Source of the DNA: Podarcis gaigeae | Lineage: Eukaryota | DNA length: 64,000 nucleotides | NCBI GenBank assembly: GCA_964106915.2 | Contig: OZ066918.1 | Reading direction: 5' to 3' (one strand) | Part shown: positions 35,199 to 48,574 of the stretch, piece after piece | How positions within the stretch are numbered: position 1 is the stretch's first letter | Layout of the letters: each line of letters opens with the position of its first letter | The notes under the pieces: generated by a model | Seen by the model: only the letters and a program-made list of their open reading frames with translations | What the model was told of the DNA's origin: nothing | Database searches by the model: none | Program-made: the position numbers and the translations under genes

Positions 35199-37109
35199 CT
35201 GCAGGAGAAAAAAGACAGAAAGAGTCATCAGGTAGTTTAAAAAAGAAGTATGAGCACAAATGTTGACTAAGATGAAACCAATGAGAAAGAAGATCACGTA
35301 AAATAAAAAAACAACAAAACAACATTCCTATACATGTCAACTGATAAATACCCTTGTACCTTGTGCTAAGGAAGTGGACATCAGCAGAATCCTCAGAATG
35401 TCTACTCAGAAGTAAGGCACACTTGGTTCAATGGGATTTATTCTCAAGTAAATGTAGTATATCCACTAACCTAGGAGTAAGTCTCATTGAACTTGATGGC
35501 TTAATTTTGAATAGATGCAACATAGGCTTGTGCGAATATTCACCTTCCTAGCAGAAGGTATGACAGTAATTCTTAGAATGACCATATGCATGAAGTTCTA
35601 CTATTTTACTAGCAAGACAAACATTTAGTCAAAACTTCTTTGCTGAATACAGTGTCAGAGTCCAAACTACTAGGGTTAACTGTGTCTTCATCTACTATTA
35701 TGAAAATATTAGTGTATTATTCATGCACTAATTGGCTACATGGCACCATTAGATAGCCTGCTGCAAACATCCTGTGTTTCTTTCAAACAGCAAGTCGGAC
35801 ATGCACAACAGAACTGCTCAGTATTACGATAGCTACTTATTTTGTTTTTGCAAACCCATTGTTCTACTACTGAGATTTTCCAGGTCTTTAAAGCACAGAA
35901 TTAAACACGAAGGGGCAGATTCACAAAGTGGCTTTGGTAAAAATTTTCTTTAGCAACTGGATATCAGCAACAGGATGGCACACACACCCCTTCACCTCTC
36001 CCTTTCTCAGTGTTTACATTCTCTTTTAACAGAACCGCAGTTAGATTGCATGCAAAATAGGGAACCATGCTTTATTTTCACTTTATTAACCAGAATCTTA
36101 AACCATCTTCAAGCAGGTGTTTAAGATCCTGCTTAGTAAATTGGCATTAAAGATGCAATCTTTTACAGACATTGAAATTGATGGGACTTGAATAGATATG
36201 TATAAGATTGCCCTGTAAATCACAGTTCCATTTTTGGGATATAATGGCCTAACAATGGTTCAATTAAATAAGGATGTAAACTATTCATGGTGCTTTCATC
36301 ATAGTGACATGAAAATGCTACTACACATTTTAGGGAATGAGCTGGATCCAGATTAAGTTAGTTGAACTTAATTCCCATTAAAATAAATGGAGCTTAAGTA
36401 GTGATTTCAACAGGAGCTACATTCAATTAATTCAATCTGATGCCAAGCCACTGTCTTTTTATTGGGCTCACGCCACAAAATGCTGACAAGTCATGGAGAT
36501 GCACAGTGCATGGATAAGACCATCCTTCCTGGTTTTTTTCAAACAACAGGAGATATGCAAGCCCAACTATAGGGGATTTGAGGTGCTACTAAACCTAGAT
36601 TTTTCTGCCAATGTTACCATCATCTGTCCTATATGTGGGAGACATATGAAATGTCAGATATTCCGCTGTCCTGTCCTACAGGTCCAAATACAAACAGGCA
36701 CAACAAATGTAATTAATTTCCAGTGCCCTGTCCAGGGCTAGGTGGGACAGTGGGACATGTGTCCTATTTGTTTCAGTAGACAGCTCTGCAGACATCACTG
36801 ATACAATTCACTCTTTAGACCAGTGTTTTTTTCAAACTTAATACCTTCTGGGAATTCTTTTTCCATTGATCTGTGCTGAGGAAGCCCTCAGTCATCTGCC
36901 ATGAATTCCAGAGGGTTCTGGGGTATATTCAATTCAGCACACACCTAATTAATCTGTTTTCAGATCATTGCTAATCTGTTTATTCCCAATTTCATTTTAT
37001 TTTTGGAAGTTTTGAAAAGTTGTTTTTAACTATTATTTTAACTGATAATTTTATTGCTTTGTTCCCTTCGTAAACCGCTTTGAGGTTTTTATTTTTACAA
37101 TCAAGCGGG

Positions 37110-37136
37110 GTGTGTGTGTGTGTGTGTGTGTGTGTG
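37110..37136. repeat. (GT)n microsatellite
   Basis: direct reading. Confidence 0.9.
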
Positions 37137-37822
37137 AAATAAATAAATAAATAAGTAATATATAATTCGCTCAGGGCATGGGCAAGGCCCATTGGGCATC
37201 ACCCGCTATGAGCAGTGCATCCTCAAACGAAATTTCCGACAACATCTAGGAACCCAAGGTTGAAGAACACTGCTCTACTCAGACCAACGAAATCCAGGAT
37301 GGCACTATTCTAACATGAGCAGATTTGATTCAGCAATATTGCTGCCCAGCCACCTGCAGATTCTACAGTTTGCCCACCCTGTGAATACAACTAATGTGCC
37401 ATGGTACTCTCCTGCGGTACATCAGTGGCAAATTCGACCACTGTTTCTTGTATTTTAAAAATGCTGCTTCTAGATATTTTGTCCAAACTCACCTGTCGGT
37501 AAAACTCTACTCTTCCCCCCACTAGTTTACACATTACTATCCATTATGTATTTGAGCACATCATGCACAGTCTGTAAGAACACAATTAGTAGTTGATGAT
37601 CGTCTAAATTATTGCCAGGTAAATGACGTGAGCTACAGGACAACCGCTAAAAACTACACAAACAAACAAACAAAGAAGTGGGATGTCTACAATAAAAGGT
37701 AGAAAGGGCTGGGAAGTCAGATGCACTAAAAACCATCTAGGCACATTTCAACTGTGGAGAAAATAAATAAATAAACAAACATATATAGAAGCAAAACAAG
37801 GAGTCACAGACAGTGTCATCAC

Positions 37823-37855
37823 CTTGAATCATACTGGGGGAGTGGAGAGGAATAG
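37823..37855 (-). CDS. ANK3: 33-nt cassette microexon just before ZU5A (YSSPLPQYDS)
   Basis: ttattttgcag|CTATTCCTCTCCACTCCCCCAGTATGATTCAAG|gtgatg; phase 2-2, no stop; matches the short pre-ZU5 insert of ankyrin-G. Confidence 0.88.
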
Positions 37856-39389
37856 CTGCAAAATAATTTAGAAAGCAAATTGGAAAAAAATTAATGTGAG
37901 ATAATTAGAAGCCAGCAACAGAAAATGTCGATCATAAGCAAAGGCAAAATAATAACAAAAGCAAAGCTTTTCAGTTTGATCAGAGCGGGGGAAAGGTGCG
38001 TGTTCTGTAATATAAAATACGCATTTAATTGCATTTTAAATATTTGCTAGAGGGCCAACACCACTTAGTATGTATAAAAGCAAGTATTAGCAGGAACACC
38101 TTGACGGGAGTTGCATAACTAGCAGGCCCACCATGGTATGAATGCACTCATGCACTGCACTCATGCTGCTTCCAACACACTAGCAGTGCTGGCTCCATGC
38201 CTGACAGAACAAACTCGGTCTCTCTCCACCTACCATGAACTGGGGTTGTAGACAAGCAGGGGACCTGGGACTTATGTTAGCAGGCATGGGGGAAAGCCAC
38301 TGTTGTGCCAGAATACGGCAGCTGGTTTTCAGTTCATGTGTCAGAAGCTCAACGTCACATTTCCCAAATATTGTGAATATTAGAATGTAATGTAATAAAG
38401 GAGCAATTGTGTATTGATAATTTTAGACCTAGCCTTTCTAATTCTTCTATCATTACTAGAGCAGTTAGGTCTACTTAAAAAAACCCAACCATAGTAAAAA
38501 AAAAATTAATTTCAAGAGTACATATAAGTTTACATGCCGGAAAGCTGAATGTTTCACGGCATTGGCCTTTTAGTACTTACACTTGTGTATTGCTACTTTA
38601 CTTTTTTGTAGGTTGTGAATATCTGGGGCAGAAGTGGAATTCAGCAAAATGGCCCAAGCAGAGTGCCCATGACACATTTTTGTGAACTGGGTAAATTCAA
38701 CACGCAAGAAGGAAATGGAATGGAATCTCCTAGTGGAAAGCTCACATAGGGATCTTGTGGCTAACTGCTATCTCCCAGCCTACCCTCTCCTGTATGGATG
38801 GAGGATAGAAGGGTGGGTTTTTTCTTAGCTCCTTAAAGAAAGACCAAGATAACAATGTAAATCATAATAATGATGATGTGAATTGGTAATGATGTAAATT
38901 TTTTATTTTTATGCTTAGATTACAGCACACAATTGACCGGCGGAGTAAAGATTGGTCACATCAGATCTACATACTCAGAACACAAGGGGGTCAAACAACC
39001 TCTAAATATTCTGCCAAGTATGCAGAGGCAAGGGAAGTATTCTTTGTTCCCACCACGAAGGGAGGAGCCAAGTTGCTGCATACCTGGGTGAAAGATGTAG
39101 TCATATATCAGTTGATTCAAGATATGTTCACCTGCACTCTGCATAAATATCCTCATTGAGTAGATCCAATGGGTTGGATTCAAATTCAGTCATGCTGAGA
39201 GTAGACCCACTGAAATCAGTGGGACATGTTAGAATAATGTGGGCCCTTCCATTAGGCAAAATGAGGCAAGTGCCTCAAGTGGAGGGTCACAAATTGGTGC
39301 CCCCCCAAAAAGCCGGTCTCACTGCCTCCTGCCCACCTGGGAAGCTCTCCACATCATCCCTGCTGACTTGCTCTAGGAAGGACCATACA

Positions 39390-40028
39390 CAGTGGTACCT
39401 TGGTTCTCAAACGCCTTGGTACCCAAACGCTGAAAATCTGGAAGTAAGTGTTCCGGCTTACAAATGTTTTTTGGAAGTCAAACATCCAATGTGCTGTCGC
39501 CTATTGTTTCCAGTTTCGCCTGCACCAATGAGAAGATGCGCCTTGGTTTTCAAACATTTTAGAAGTCAAACTGACTTCCGGAACGGATTAAGTTTGGTGC
39601 TTCTGTTTTTGCTATTTATTTTGCGTTTCTGATTTTGAGGCTTTTTCAGTTAATTTTTTTTGTGACTGTGTAGAACCCAGTTCAGCTACTGATTGATTGA
39701 CTGTGTGCCTGTGGAAATGGATAAAAGCCCCCCATCCTAACAGTGACTATCATCAGTGCAGGTAATAATTTTATTTTTTTTAATTTTTATCATCTACAAT
39801 ACTGCCTTATTTATTTTATACTACAATATATTGATTATTGCTTTCATTGTATGGATCAATGGTCTCGTTAGATAGCAAAATTCATGTTAAATTGCTGTTT
39901 TAGGGGTTGTTTTTAAAAGCCTGGAACAGATTAATCCATTTTGCATTATTTTCTGTGGGTAAGCATTCCTTGGTTTTAGAATGCTTTGGTTGTGGAACAG
40001 ATAAAGTTTGAGAACCAAGGTACCACTG
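39390..40028. mobile_element. Tc1/mariner-pogo (Tigger-like) non-autonomous element
   Basis: 23-bp perfect TIR CAGTGGTACCTTGGTTCTCAAAC; TA on the right flank. Confidence 0.88.
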
Positions 40029-40704
40029 TATGTATGTGTGTGTGTGTTTCCTGCACTTGGAGCAAGGCATTCTGGGTGGTGTGGTTGTGAAAGGGCCTGC
40101 AGTGGCAGTCAAATTTGCTAGAATGGCCTGTGATGTGTCTAGGTAACACAGTAGCTTCAATTTGCAGCAAGGAGAAGGGTAATTAAAACCTGTTAACAGT
40201 TTATCAATGTTAGACATTATATATAAAGTCTTCCATTTTGAAGAAACAGCAATACCCCTTACATGAATTTGCTTATTACCACATAGCCCCCAATTCCCAA
40301 TTTGAGAATTTGGTGGTGTTTCATTGAATCTGCATGTTTGCTAGTTAACCTTTAAAGCTTCAAGTAGAAGGAGTCAACACCTCTTTGAAGCATCTCCCTC
40401 ACTTGCAAGGGTAACATGAGCTGCAGTCATTCAAATGCAATTGCATGCTATCTATTTTAATAGGCTACAGGGTGTGTCAGCTAAGAATATGAATGTCACC
40501 CACAATACTGTGATTGTATTTTGAATGTATTTTCTGTTGGGGACTCTCTCCACCTCCACAAAGTTAAATAAAACAGAAGTGTGTTGAGGTTTCATAGACC
40601 AACATATTTTCTTCTATTGGAATACACTGATTTAAAGTTTGTCATCTGGGCTAAAACGGAATGCTGATAATAAAAACAAAGGAAAGTTCACGAAGAAGTA
40701 TGCA

Positions 40705-40891
40705 CAGTGGTACCTCGGGTTAAGTACTTAATTCGTTCTGGTGGTCCGTTCTTAACCTGAAACTGTTCTTAACCTGAAGCACCACTTTAGCTAATGGGGC
40801 CTGCTGCTGCTGCCGCGCCACCGGAGCACAATTTCTGTTCGCATCCTGAAGCAATATTAACCCGAGGTAATATTTCTGGGTTAGTGGAGTC
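40705..40891. mobile_element. Tigger-like MITE, truncated
   Basis: CAGTGGTACCTCGGGTTAAG start; colinear with 45170-45320. Confidence 0.75.
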
Positions 40892-42098
40892 TTATAAAAC
40901 ACAAATATGCTGTATTTGTATTTTTATCATTTTTTTAATAAAGGAAATATCCTTTGTGGGCATTTCAAAACTGATCCTTACATTATTTACATCCTACCAC
41001 TGGTGGGCTCCATAAGTTCATACTGTTCGCTTATTCTTATTTGTGCATTGTAGACATGAACTCTAGAGAAAAACAAATGCTAATACAGTACAGAATTTAA
41101 GACTTAAACATTGCTGTGTAAGCCTCTAAAACATTGTTTAGTGCCTCTCTGCTCTCTGTTTTTTGGTTTTTGGTCTACGTTCATTTTTATGTAATGTTTG
41201 TTGTTTATTATTATAACAACTACATTCTTCAATGTTTCTGAATGGAAGGGGAAATGAGACACACTGCAATTATACTAACTAAATCTAAACATTACAATAA
41301 CCTTTTTAAAAGACAGAGAGAGGTTTATTAACATTTGTTAAATTTATTCATGGTTTTGATGTAATGAACTTTGCAACTCTCTGGGCAATTCAAAACAAGT
41401 TAATTCTGATTTTAAATCAGAATTTAATCTAGATAATGAATGGAATCTAGATAACTCGAACATTAACTGGGCACAGTATTTCTCTGGATTGCACCCACTG
41501 TCATTCATTACAAGCCTTTATTTGCCCTGGTATTAAATGCACCTTGCTTTTCATATGTAAATGTGCCACACATCCACACATATGCTTTGACCAACTGAAA
41601 ATAGATTAGATGGAATCTGACAAAATAGTAAGGGCTAAGTTCTACTCTGTTTTCTTAAAGAGAACCACTCCACAGCCTCCAAATAAATTAGAAATAATCA
41701 GCATACATTGGGTGGGACCCAAAGATGCACTGGGACTTTTCCCAAACCCCTTTCCCACAGCAAGCCCTGCAGAAGAGAACTGTAGTTCAACAAGCCAAAT
41801 CAGAAATGTTAAAAGAAATGTTTTTATATTTCCGGAATGGCAAAGTAAGTAACACTATTTTTCCTATTAATTTATCCATGCTTTTATAGAGGTTTTTTTG
41901 CCCAAGTGCAACCCTGTAACTTTAAAACATAGCATGCATTGGTGTGGTTGGTTATTGTTCTGATGATGCTTACACTCAAGTCCCTGGCTTTGGGGGAAAC
42001 AGAAATGGAAGTTTCACCAGGGCTATTTCCCGTCCACCCCCCAACTATTGCTTTGTTTCATATATAATGACATGAGAGAAATCCTTCAGGTAACTCAC

Positions 42099-42205
42099 CC
42101 AGAATGGATGGGGCTGGAGACAAGATTGACATTGTCCAAGGTGTCTGCGGCCCAGCTATAGTGCCTGAGCGAATCAGAGTCAAATTCTCTCGGAAACGTC
42201 AGATG
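42099..42205 (-). CDS. ANK3: ANK3 exon (HLTFPREFDSDSLRHYSWAADTLDNVNLVSSPIHSG), 107 nt
   Basis: ctctttgaag|CATCTG ... TCTGG|gtgagt; phase 0 to 2. Confidence 0.95.
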
Positions 42206-44597
42206 CTTCAAAGAGATGAAAGAGAAGAAATATTAACTCAGCAGAGAGAAAAAAGTCAAGCATTTCCTGTGGTATATCACAAGTGAGAAATAAAATCAAC
42301 CTTTTATTAGCACTTACAACACCCGCAATCATTCTCTCTCTCTCTCTCTCTCACCCACACACACCAATCACTTTAATTACTTTACAAACCTTGTTTATGT
42401 AGGACATAGCAGCCTAGCTCATGGTAGTGCCCATTTTGTTTATTTATTACAGTTATATCCTGCCTTGGTCTGTCACCTTATTTTATTCTAGGTCACTTTC
42501 GGGGTTGACTGGAGATTTGAACCTGCATCTCCCCAGTCCTAGATTGACGCTCTTGACCACTATGCAACAAAATGAGCTCAGAGGGAACAGTGATTTGAAA
42601 GATAAGCAAGTATGTTATCCATGGCATATCAATGGGGATCCCAGTAACATTCTCTGCACTAAACACAGAATGCACATTGACAACTCTAGACAAACTGGGT
42701 ATATTCAATATTGTGGCTGTGGAGTCAGGCCCCACCTGCGTCCCATTGAAATGGTACATGCACTTGATAAAGTGTGATCCGATCCTCGTCCCTCAAAACC
42801 AGGGGTGGAATGGAGGAGATTGTGTGCACACCACCAGGGCTATATATTTTGCCCATGGAATATTTATACCTTTCTGTTCCTTGAAGTGGCTTACTTATAT
42901 CTCGTGCAGGGAAGGGCTTTGGTAATAGGGCGTCTTGAGCGAGGACAAATTTGGGGCCCCCAATAAATCATTTTTTATTCATTATTATTTTGTGCCACCT
43001 CAGCTCAGCATCCTGTGCAGGAGAACCTAAACGCAGTGCTGATCTATGGCTTCCAAGCAGCCTACTGTCCAGGCAGCTTCACCAGTAAAACTGCATCATG
43101 TACCTTGAGACAGCGCTTGGATCACTCCCTCTATGCATGTATTTCCTATTTTACATATGTCAAATGTTGAGGGATGGGCAGACAAGCAACTAGAATTCTA
43201 CTGCCCTGCACCAGACTTGATCCAGACTGGCGGAGGGGCAGGTGGGCCTGCAGAGCGATAACAGAAATGGCTTTGAGCAGTCACCATAAAACAAGCAAGC
43301 AAGACAAAAGAGCAATTTTAAAAGGGCAATTTAAATGAGCTGTTTTTTCCTTCTTTGTGTCGTATTGCATGCCAGCTAGAATCTATGAGCTCTTCTTGTT
43401 TACTGAGCATTCATCTAGTCCCCCCCCCCAAAAAAAAAATTTGCACAGAGGTCATACGATGTTGCTTTTTATTGAGCACTGGTAACAGAGGTTATATGAT
43501 ATCACCTGGCACCACCGTTATCTCACACTTTCCAGCAAGTTTTCCTTTCATTTTCCCTACCCCAGAAGTTCCATTTTGGAGAAGGGATGGGGAAGCTGAC
43601 TTGTCATGCCAGAGTCCCAAATCCACTTTAACTGCATACGCTGAAATTGCTGGGAAACAATTAAATGGTACCCAAAGAATAGTGAGTTTGGAGACAGTGT
43701 AGCTTTCAGAAGGGACCGAGTTGCAGAGACAACTACATATTGTTTCCATATATTCTAATGTTAAACCACCTCAAGCCTCACATAACCTCAATGTCTGTTA
43801 GTGCTCAAAAGCAGACAAACCAGCTCAAGAATCCTGAGAAACAAAGTGTCAGGGTAGCCAAAAAATACCAGTAGCCTCTCTGGCAGTAGCATAATACCCC
43901 ATTCCAAACTACAGCGAAAATTAAAAATAAATTGTTTTCTGACTATATTTAAAGCATGAATAAAGATAGCCACTGTAGCCTGACTTACATGAAACCTTCT
44001 TGCGTCTATTATTAACCAGCCTCCCAGCTCACAGACTGTTTCAAAAATAATTTTCAGGTTCCCATGTCAGGAATAATTTATCAGTTCCATCTCTATGTGC
44101 TATGCATGGGGATGAGCAGCCAAGGTGATGAAGCCAGTGGCAGATTAGGAAAGTGCTCTCTCCCTTCCTTCGCAAAGATGAATTTTCGAGATAAAAAAAG
44201 GAATGCGCCAAATATTCCTGCTTCTACGTTTCTCCTGCTTTTTAGCGTTTCACTTTTAAATAACTATTCTGTTTATCTGAAAAGAATAACAACAACCCAC
44301 CTTTCAGCCCACACCAAAGGCATCTTCTAATCTTAACAATAAAATGCAATGCAATGCAATAAAACAATCAAAAGTAGTAACAGAAAGCTAAAGCCACTCA
44401 AAGGCAGGGGAACTGAAATTCAACCCAGACTAATGGCTTGGCAAAAAAAAAATAAAAATGTTTTCATAGCTCACCAAAAGCCATTAAAAAAGCTGTAATA
44501 TATTTCCAAGGAAGGTCTTTATGAAAACAGTTTCTTCAGTCATATGCCGAAGATGGACCCAAAACTAATTTTAGTACTGTATTCTTACATTGTTGTA

Positions 44598-44906
44598 GGA
44601 AGAGCCATAGCTCAGTGTCAGAGGTTGCACACAGAAAGTCCCAGGTTCAATCCCTGACATCTCGAGGCAGGGCTGGGAAAGCCTGTCTGAAATGCTAGTG
44701 AGTCACTGCCAGTCAGTGCCAGGGTTTCCCAAACATTGGTCTCCAGCTGTTTTTGGACTACACTTCCCATCATCCCTGACTACTGGTCCTGATGGCTAGC
44801 AAGATGGGAGTTCTAGTTGTAGACCAATTTTTGGGAAACCCTGGTAGCTAATGCTGAGCTAGATGGACCAATGGTCTGAGTGGAGGGCAGCTTTGTATGT
44901 TCCTAT
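44598..44906 (+). mobile_element. tRNA-derived squamate SINE (Squam3-like) interrupted by a MITE
   Basis: TAGCTCAGTG A-box, GGTTCAATCCC B-box, CTGCCAGTCAGTG...GAGCTAGATGGACCAATGGTCTGA...GTTCCT body and tail. Confidence 0.75.
44720..44843. mobile_element. palindromic hAT-type MITE related to 51233, nested in a SINE
   Basis: TIR CAGGGTTTCCCAAA / TTTGGGAAACCCTG; internal GGACTACA..TCCCATCATCCCTGAC shared with the 51233 element. Confidence 0.75.
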
Positions 44907-45169
44907 CTAGGGCAGTTCATATTCCACATATCTTCCTATAGCACAGGGATTGTAGTTCTATTGAATTCTAGCTTGCCCAAGTGCCCTCAGTGTGTGTGTG
45001 TGTTTATCTAAAACTAAAAAAGCACAGTGGGTGTCTGAGTCCAATTAAAGTGGATTTGAAAAATGAAAAAATGACCTTTCAGTAACTGGGTGAAATCTCT
45101 TATTAAATACCTCATTAACAATTGTGTGTTCATGCAGCAGTTTAGGTAAGAAGTGTTATGTATTCAGTA

Positions 45170-45374
45170 CAGTGGTACCTCTGGTTACGTACTTAATTCG
45201 TTCCAGAGGTCCGTTCTTAACTTGAAACTGTTCTTAGCCTGAAGCACCACTTTAGCTAATGGGGCCTCCCACTGCTGCTGTGCCACCGCCACACGATTTC
45301 TGTTCCCTGGGTTAGTGGAGCCTGTAACCTGAAGCATATGTAACCTGAAGCGTATGTAACCCGAGGTTCTACTG
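45170..45374. mobile_element. Tigger-like MITE
   Basis: TA|CAGTGGTACCTC ... GAGGTTCTACTG|TA; internal sequence shared with the 40705 copy. Confidence 0.82.
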
Positions 45375-45492
45375 TATTTTCTATTTCAAAAAATGAATAA
45401 ATACTGGAGATTTTTAGCTGAAGGAGGGAAGCTTTGAGAAATCAACACGGAGGACTATTACAGACCTTCCCGGTATACCTTTAGCTGTAAAC

Positions 45493-45698
45493 TAGAGCTT
45501 TCCAAACTGCGTGTCACAACATGTTAGTGTGTCAGCTGCAGTGTGCAGTTGTGTCACGTGAAAGCTCCCCGGGCTCCTCCCGGGGCTGGAAAGTGGTTAG
45601 TTTAACCTCCGGTTTGCTAGTAAAACTGAATGGCGGTGTCGTAAAATGATGCATGTCGTAAAAGTGTGCCACCAACATGAAAAGTTTGGAAAGCTCTG
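45493..45698. mobile_element. hAT-type MITE
   Basis: TIR AGAGCTTTCCAAACT / AGTTTGGAAAGCTCT; 8-bp TSD CTGTAAAC / CCGTAAAC (one CpG-type mismatch). Confidence 0.82.
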
Positions 45699-47748
45699 CC
45701 GTAAACAATCCTAAATGCGTTTTCCTATTTCACATTAAACTGGAACCATTGCCAAACACATCTCTTCTTGTTGTTGTTATTGCTGTTGTTTTAAACTAAG
45801 GCTTATTTGTGGTTGACCTGACCCCCATGTCAGCAGATTACAGGTAATATGATACACTTCACAAGAGGGTTAAAATTAAGATTTGCCACTCCTGCCAAAA
45901 TCAAGGAAGTCAGGAATAGCAATTCAAGCATACTGAAAGCCACTGTGGGCACACAAGCCTGCTAAGCACGACAGGAATACCAAAATATTGCTATCCAGGT
46001 CACTGCACAAGAATGCTACATTTAAACTTTTAATGAATGCCACTTCTCTTAAAGCCCTTTCATTAGGGAATTAAGGACTCTTTCATATTCCCTGCAGAAA
46101 ACAGCAATCTGTAAAGACACACCCTATTCTACAGCATGAGAATTGGAGATCCAGCTGCTATATATTCTGACTGTCTGGGTGAAACTTCTTTTAATCAAAA
46201 GAATTACACTGGCATATTCACGCAGTTGTCCGTAGAATATAGCCTGAAAAGGAATGAACACTCCAAAAATGTTTCACCTCCAGCCTCTCAAAACTAAGCA
46301 GCATGCACAGGTGTTTTGTTTTTTAAATAAAAAGACCAAACTCTGCTAACAATTTAATAGTGGGAGACAATAAGGAAGGAGAGAGAAACAAGAAGAAACC
46401 TGGAGGTTGTAAAATTTGCAGCAGAACAGTAAATGGTAGGTTTATAAAAGGAAGTAAATTGGACTTTGGGTAGGAGACCAAAATAGTTTCCCCAAACCCC
46501 ATTGTTAAGAATGTTTGCAATCATTACCATCAGAGGAAGAGGAGCCCCACTCCAGACCTAACACGTATGGAGACCAAGAGGACAGGTACAACTCCCAGAG
46601 ATCACCATCTTAGAAGATGTGCCACCGGGGGAGTCTGCAAAATTGGGTGACCTATTCTGTCTGTTCACCCCCCCCCAACATACCGAACCTCTTCCCAATC
46701 ACCCCCCTGAGACACCAGCAGCAAAAACAGTCATGGATCCAAACTAAAGCCCAGACTGTAAAATGCCTACCCAACAGCATGTGGCGTTCTATCACTGCAC
46801 CCTACTCAGAAGAAGGAACCATGAACTGTTGTGTACTCCAGATCCCAGCCACTGCTGCAGCAACATCCTTCTCAGTTCCTAATTTGGTGTGACTCTCGAG
46901 GTGGGAAGCACCCTGCATCTTTGACATACTTCCCCCCACGCACAGACTGGACTGCTCTCTGGTCTTTTCAGTAATGCTTGGCACTAGGGACTGGACAAAG
47001 GCAACTACATAATCCAAGCCAATTGGAGATCATCTGGTGATGTGGTGACATCACAATGCTAGATAGACAATCAGGTTTTGGCAACATGCAGGTGTCACTA
47101 CTATAGACTCATCTCAGACAGAGACAATTGTTGCCTTCTATCCTATGTTTTTGTCTCTTGTAACAAGAAAAACATTCCAAGAAAACCAGTTTAAAAAGAA
47201 CACATAACCTCAGTGGTATATCTTGAAGAAGATAATTACCTGGATGGCCATTGTAAAGCAATTTAACACAAATAAGAAGCCTTGTCTATTATTGGACATG
47301 CCTTTCTCCCAAAGAGAAATTGGCTATTCAGTGTAAAATATTCTTATTGTATTGCATGCAAAATCCAGATACTGCCCTACTCTGATAGGTCAAACACATT
47401 TACCAATATGTCAGTCATCCTTGCTTTGTGGTCTCTTGTGATATAAAGCAAAAGCAAACTCCAACATCCTTTAAAAATACTAACTTATCAGAGAAAGAAA
47501 ACACTGTTATTTATTGAAATTCTCCCAAGCTGGCAAACAATTGCAATTATATGTAGCTTGAATAACCATTCTCGAATTTATTGCAGCCACACTGATTTTG
47601 CCCTGTAGATTTCAGCAGTATAAAAGTAGCGTTCAAACACTGTTTCTCAAGTTAAATTTATCTCTAACCCTACCATATTCAGTTATACCCAATATATGGT
47701 TTACAGATTTTGAAAAGAAACCATCTTCTTTTGCCAATAAACCACATA

Positions 47749-48110
47749 AAGGTAAAGGTAAAGGTACCCCTGCCCGTACGGGCCAGTCTTGACAGACTCT
47801 GGGGTTGTGCGCCCATCTCACTCAAGAGGCCGGGGGCCAGCGCTGTCCGGAGACACTTCCGGGTCACGTGGCCAGCGTGACATTGCTGCTCTGGCGGGCC
47901 AGAGCCGCACACGGAAATGCCGTTTACCTTCCCGCTGGTAAGCGGTCCCTATTTATCTACTTGCACCCGGGGTGCTTTCGAACTGCTAGGTTGGCAGGCG
48001 CTGGGACCGAGCAGCGGGAGCGCACTCCGCCGCAGGGATTCGAACCGCCAACCTTTCGATCAGCAAGTCCTAGGCGCTGAGGCTTTAACCCACAGCGCCA
48101 CCTGCGTCCC
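47749..48110 (-). mobile_element. full-length Sauria SINE
   Basis: 5' GGGACGCAGGTGGCGCTGTGGG, B-box GGTTCGAATCC, (ACCTTT)n tail, TSD AATAAACCACATA (47736-47748 / 48115-48127), CpGs retained. Confidence 0.92.
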
Positions 48111-48471
48111 ACCAAATAAACCACATACTCTGTATTAATTCAGAAAAGCTCTTGTGACTTCACATTAATTCTACATTCTTTTCTACAGTTCTGAAACACA
48201 GGGCAATAATATCAGTATTGATGGAGAAAGTACCATTACCAGGGCTGTAAATTCCAATGGATTACTTGGTATGATTGACCGATTGATGCTTGATTCTATG
48301 ATTAAAATTTCAGCTCTGATTGGCCAAAAGAATTGATAAATAAAAAACTTTCAGAACCCCACTACTGTAACATAATGTATGTTCTAGCAGGAGAGGCTAA
48401 GCTGCATGGTAAAACATTTATTTATTTCTATAAAATGCTCCAAACCACAGAATCAATTAAAAAAACCTCAC

Positions 48472-48574
48472 CGGATCCTTTGAGGGCACCAAGAGTTCTT
48501 CGATCATCATGCTGTCCCGGGCGAAAGAACTTCTGTTCAAAGTGTAGGACCTATCCGAACTGAAGGAGCGGAGG
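48472..48574 (-). CDS. ANK3: ANK3 exon (SLRSFSSDRSYTLNRSSFARDSMMIEELLVPSKDP), 103 nt
   Basis: caaccag|CCTCCG ... GATCCG|gtgagg; phase 2 to 0. Confidence 0.95.

Noticed and set aside
39156-39632. 158-aa ORF overlapping the TIR element
   Set aside because: No transposase (HTH/DDE) motifs; the element is non-autonomous.
46500-47050. GC-richer intronic block with short ORFs on both strands
   Set aside because: No convincing splice sites or homology; probably an old repeat remnant.
48020-48110. tRNA-like A/B boxes
   Set aside because: These are the SINE head, not a tRNA gene; the same applies at about 50050-50133, 59090 and 44610.
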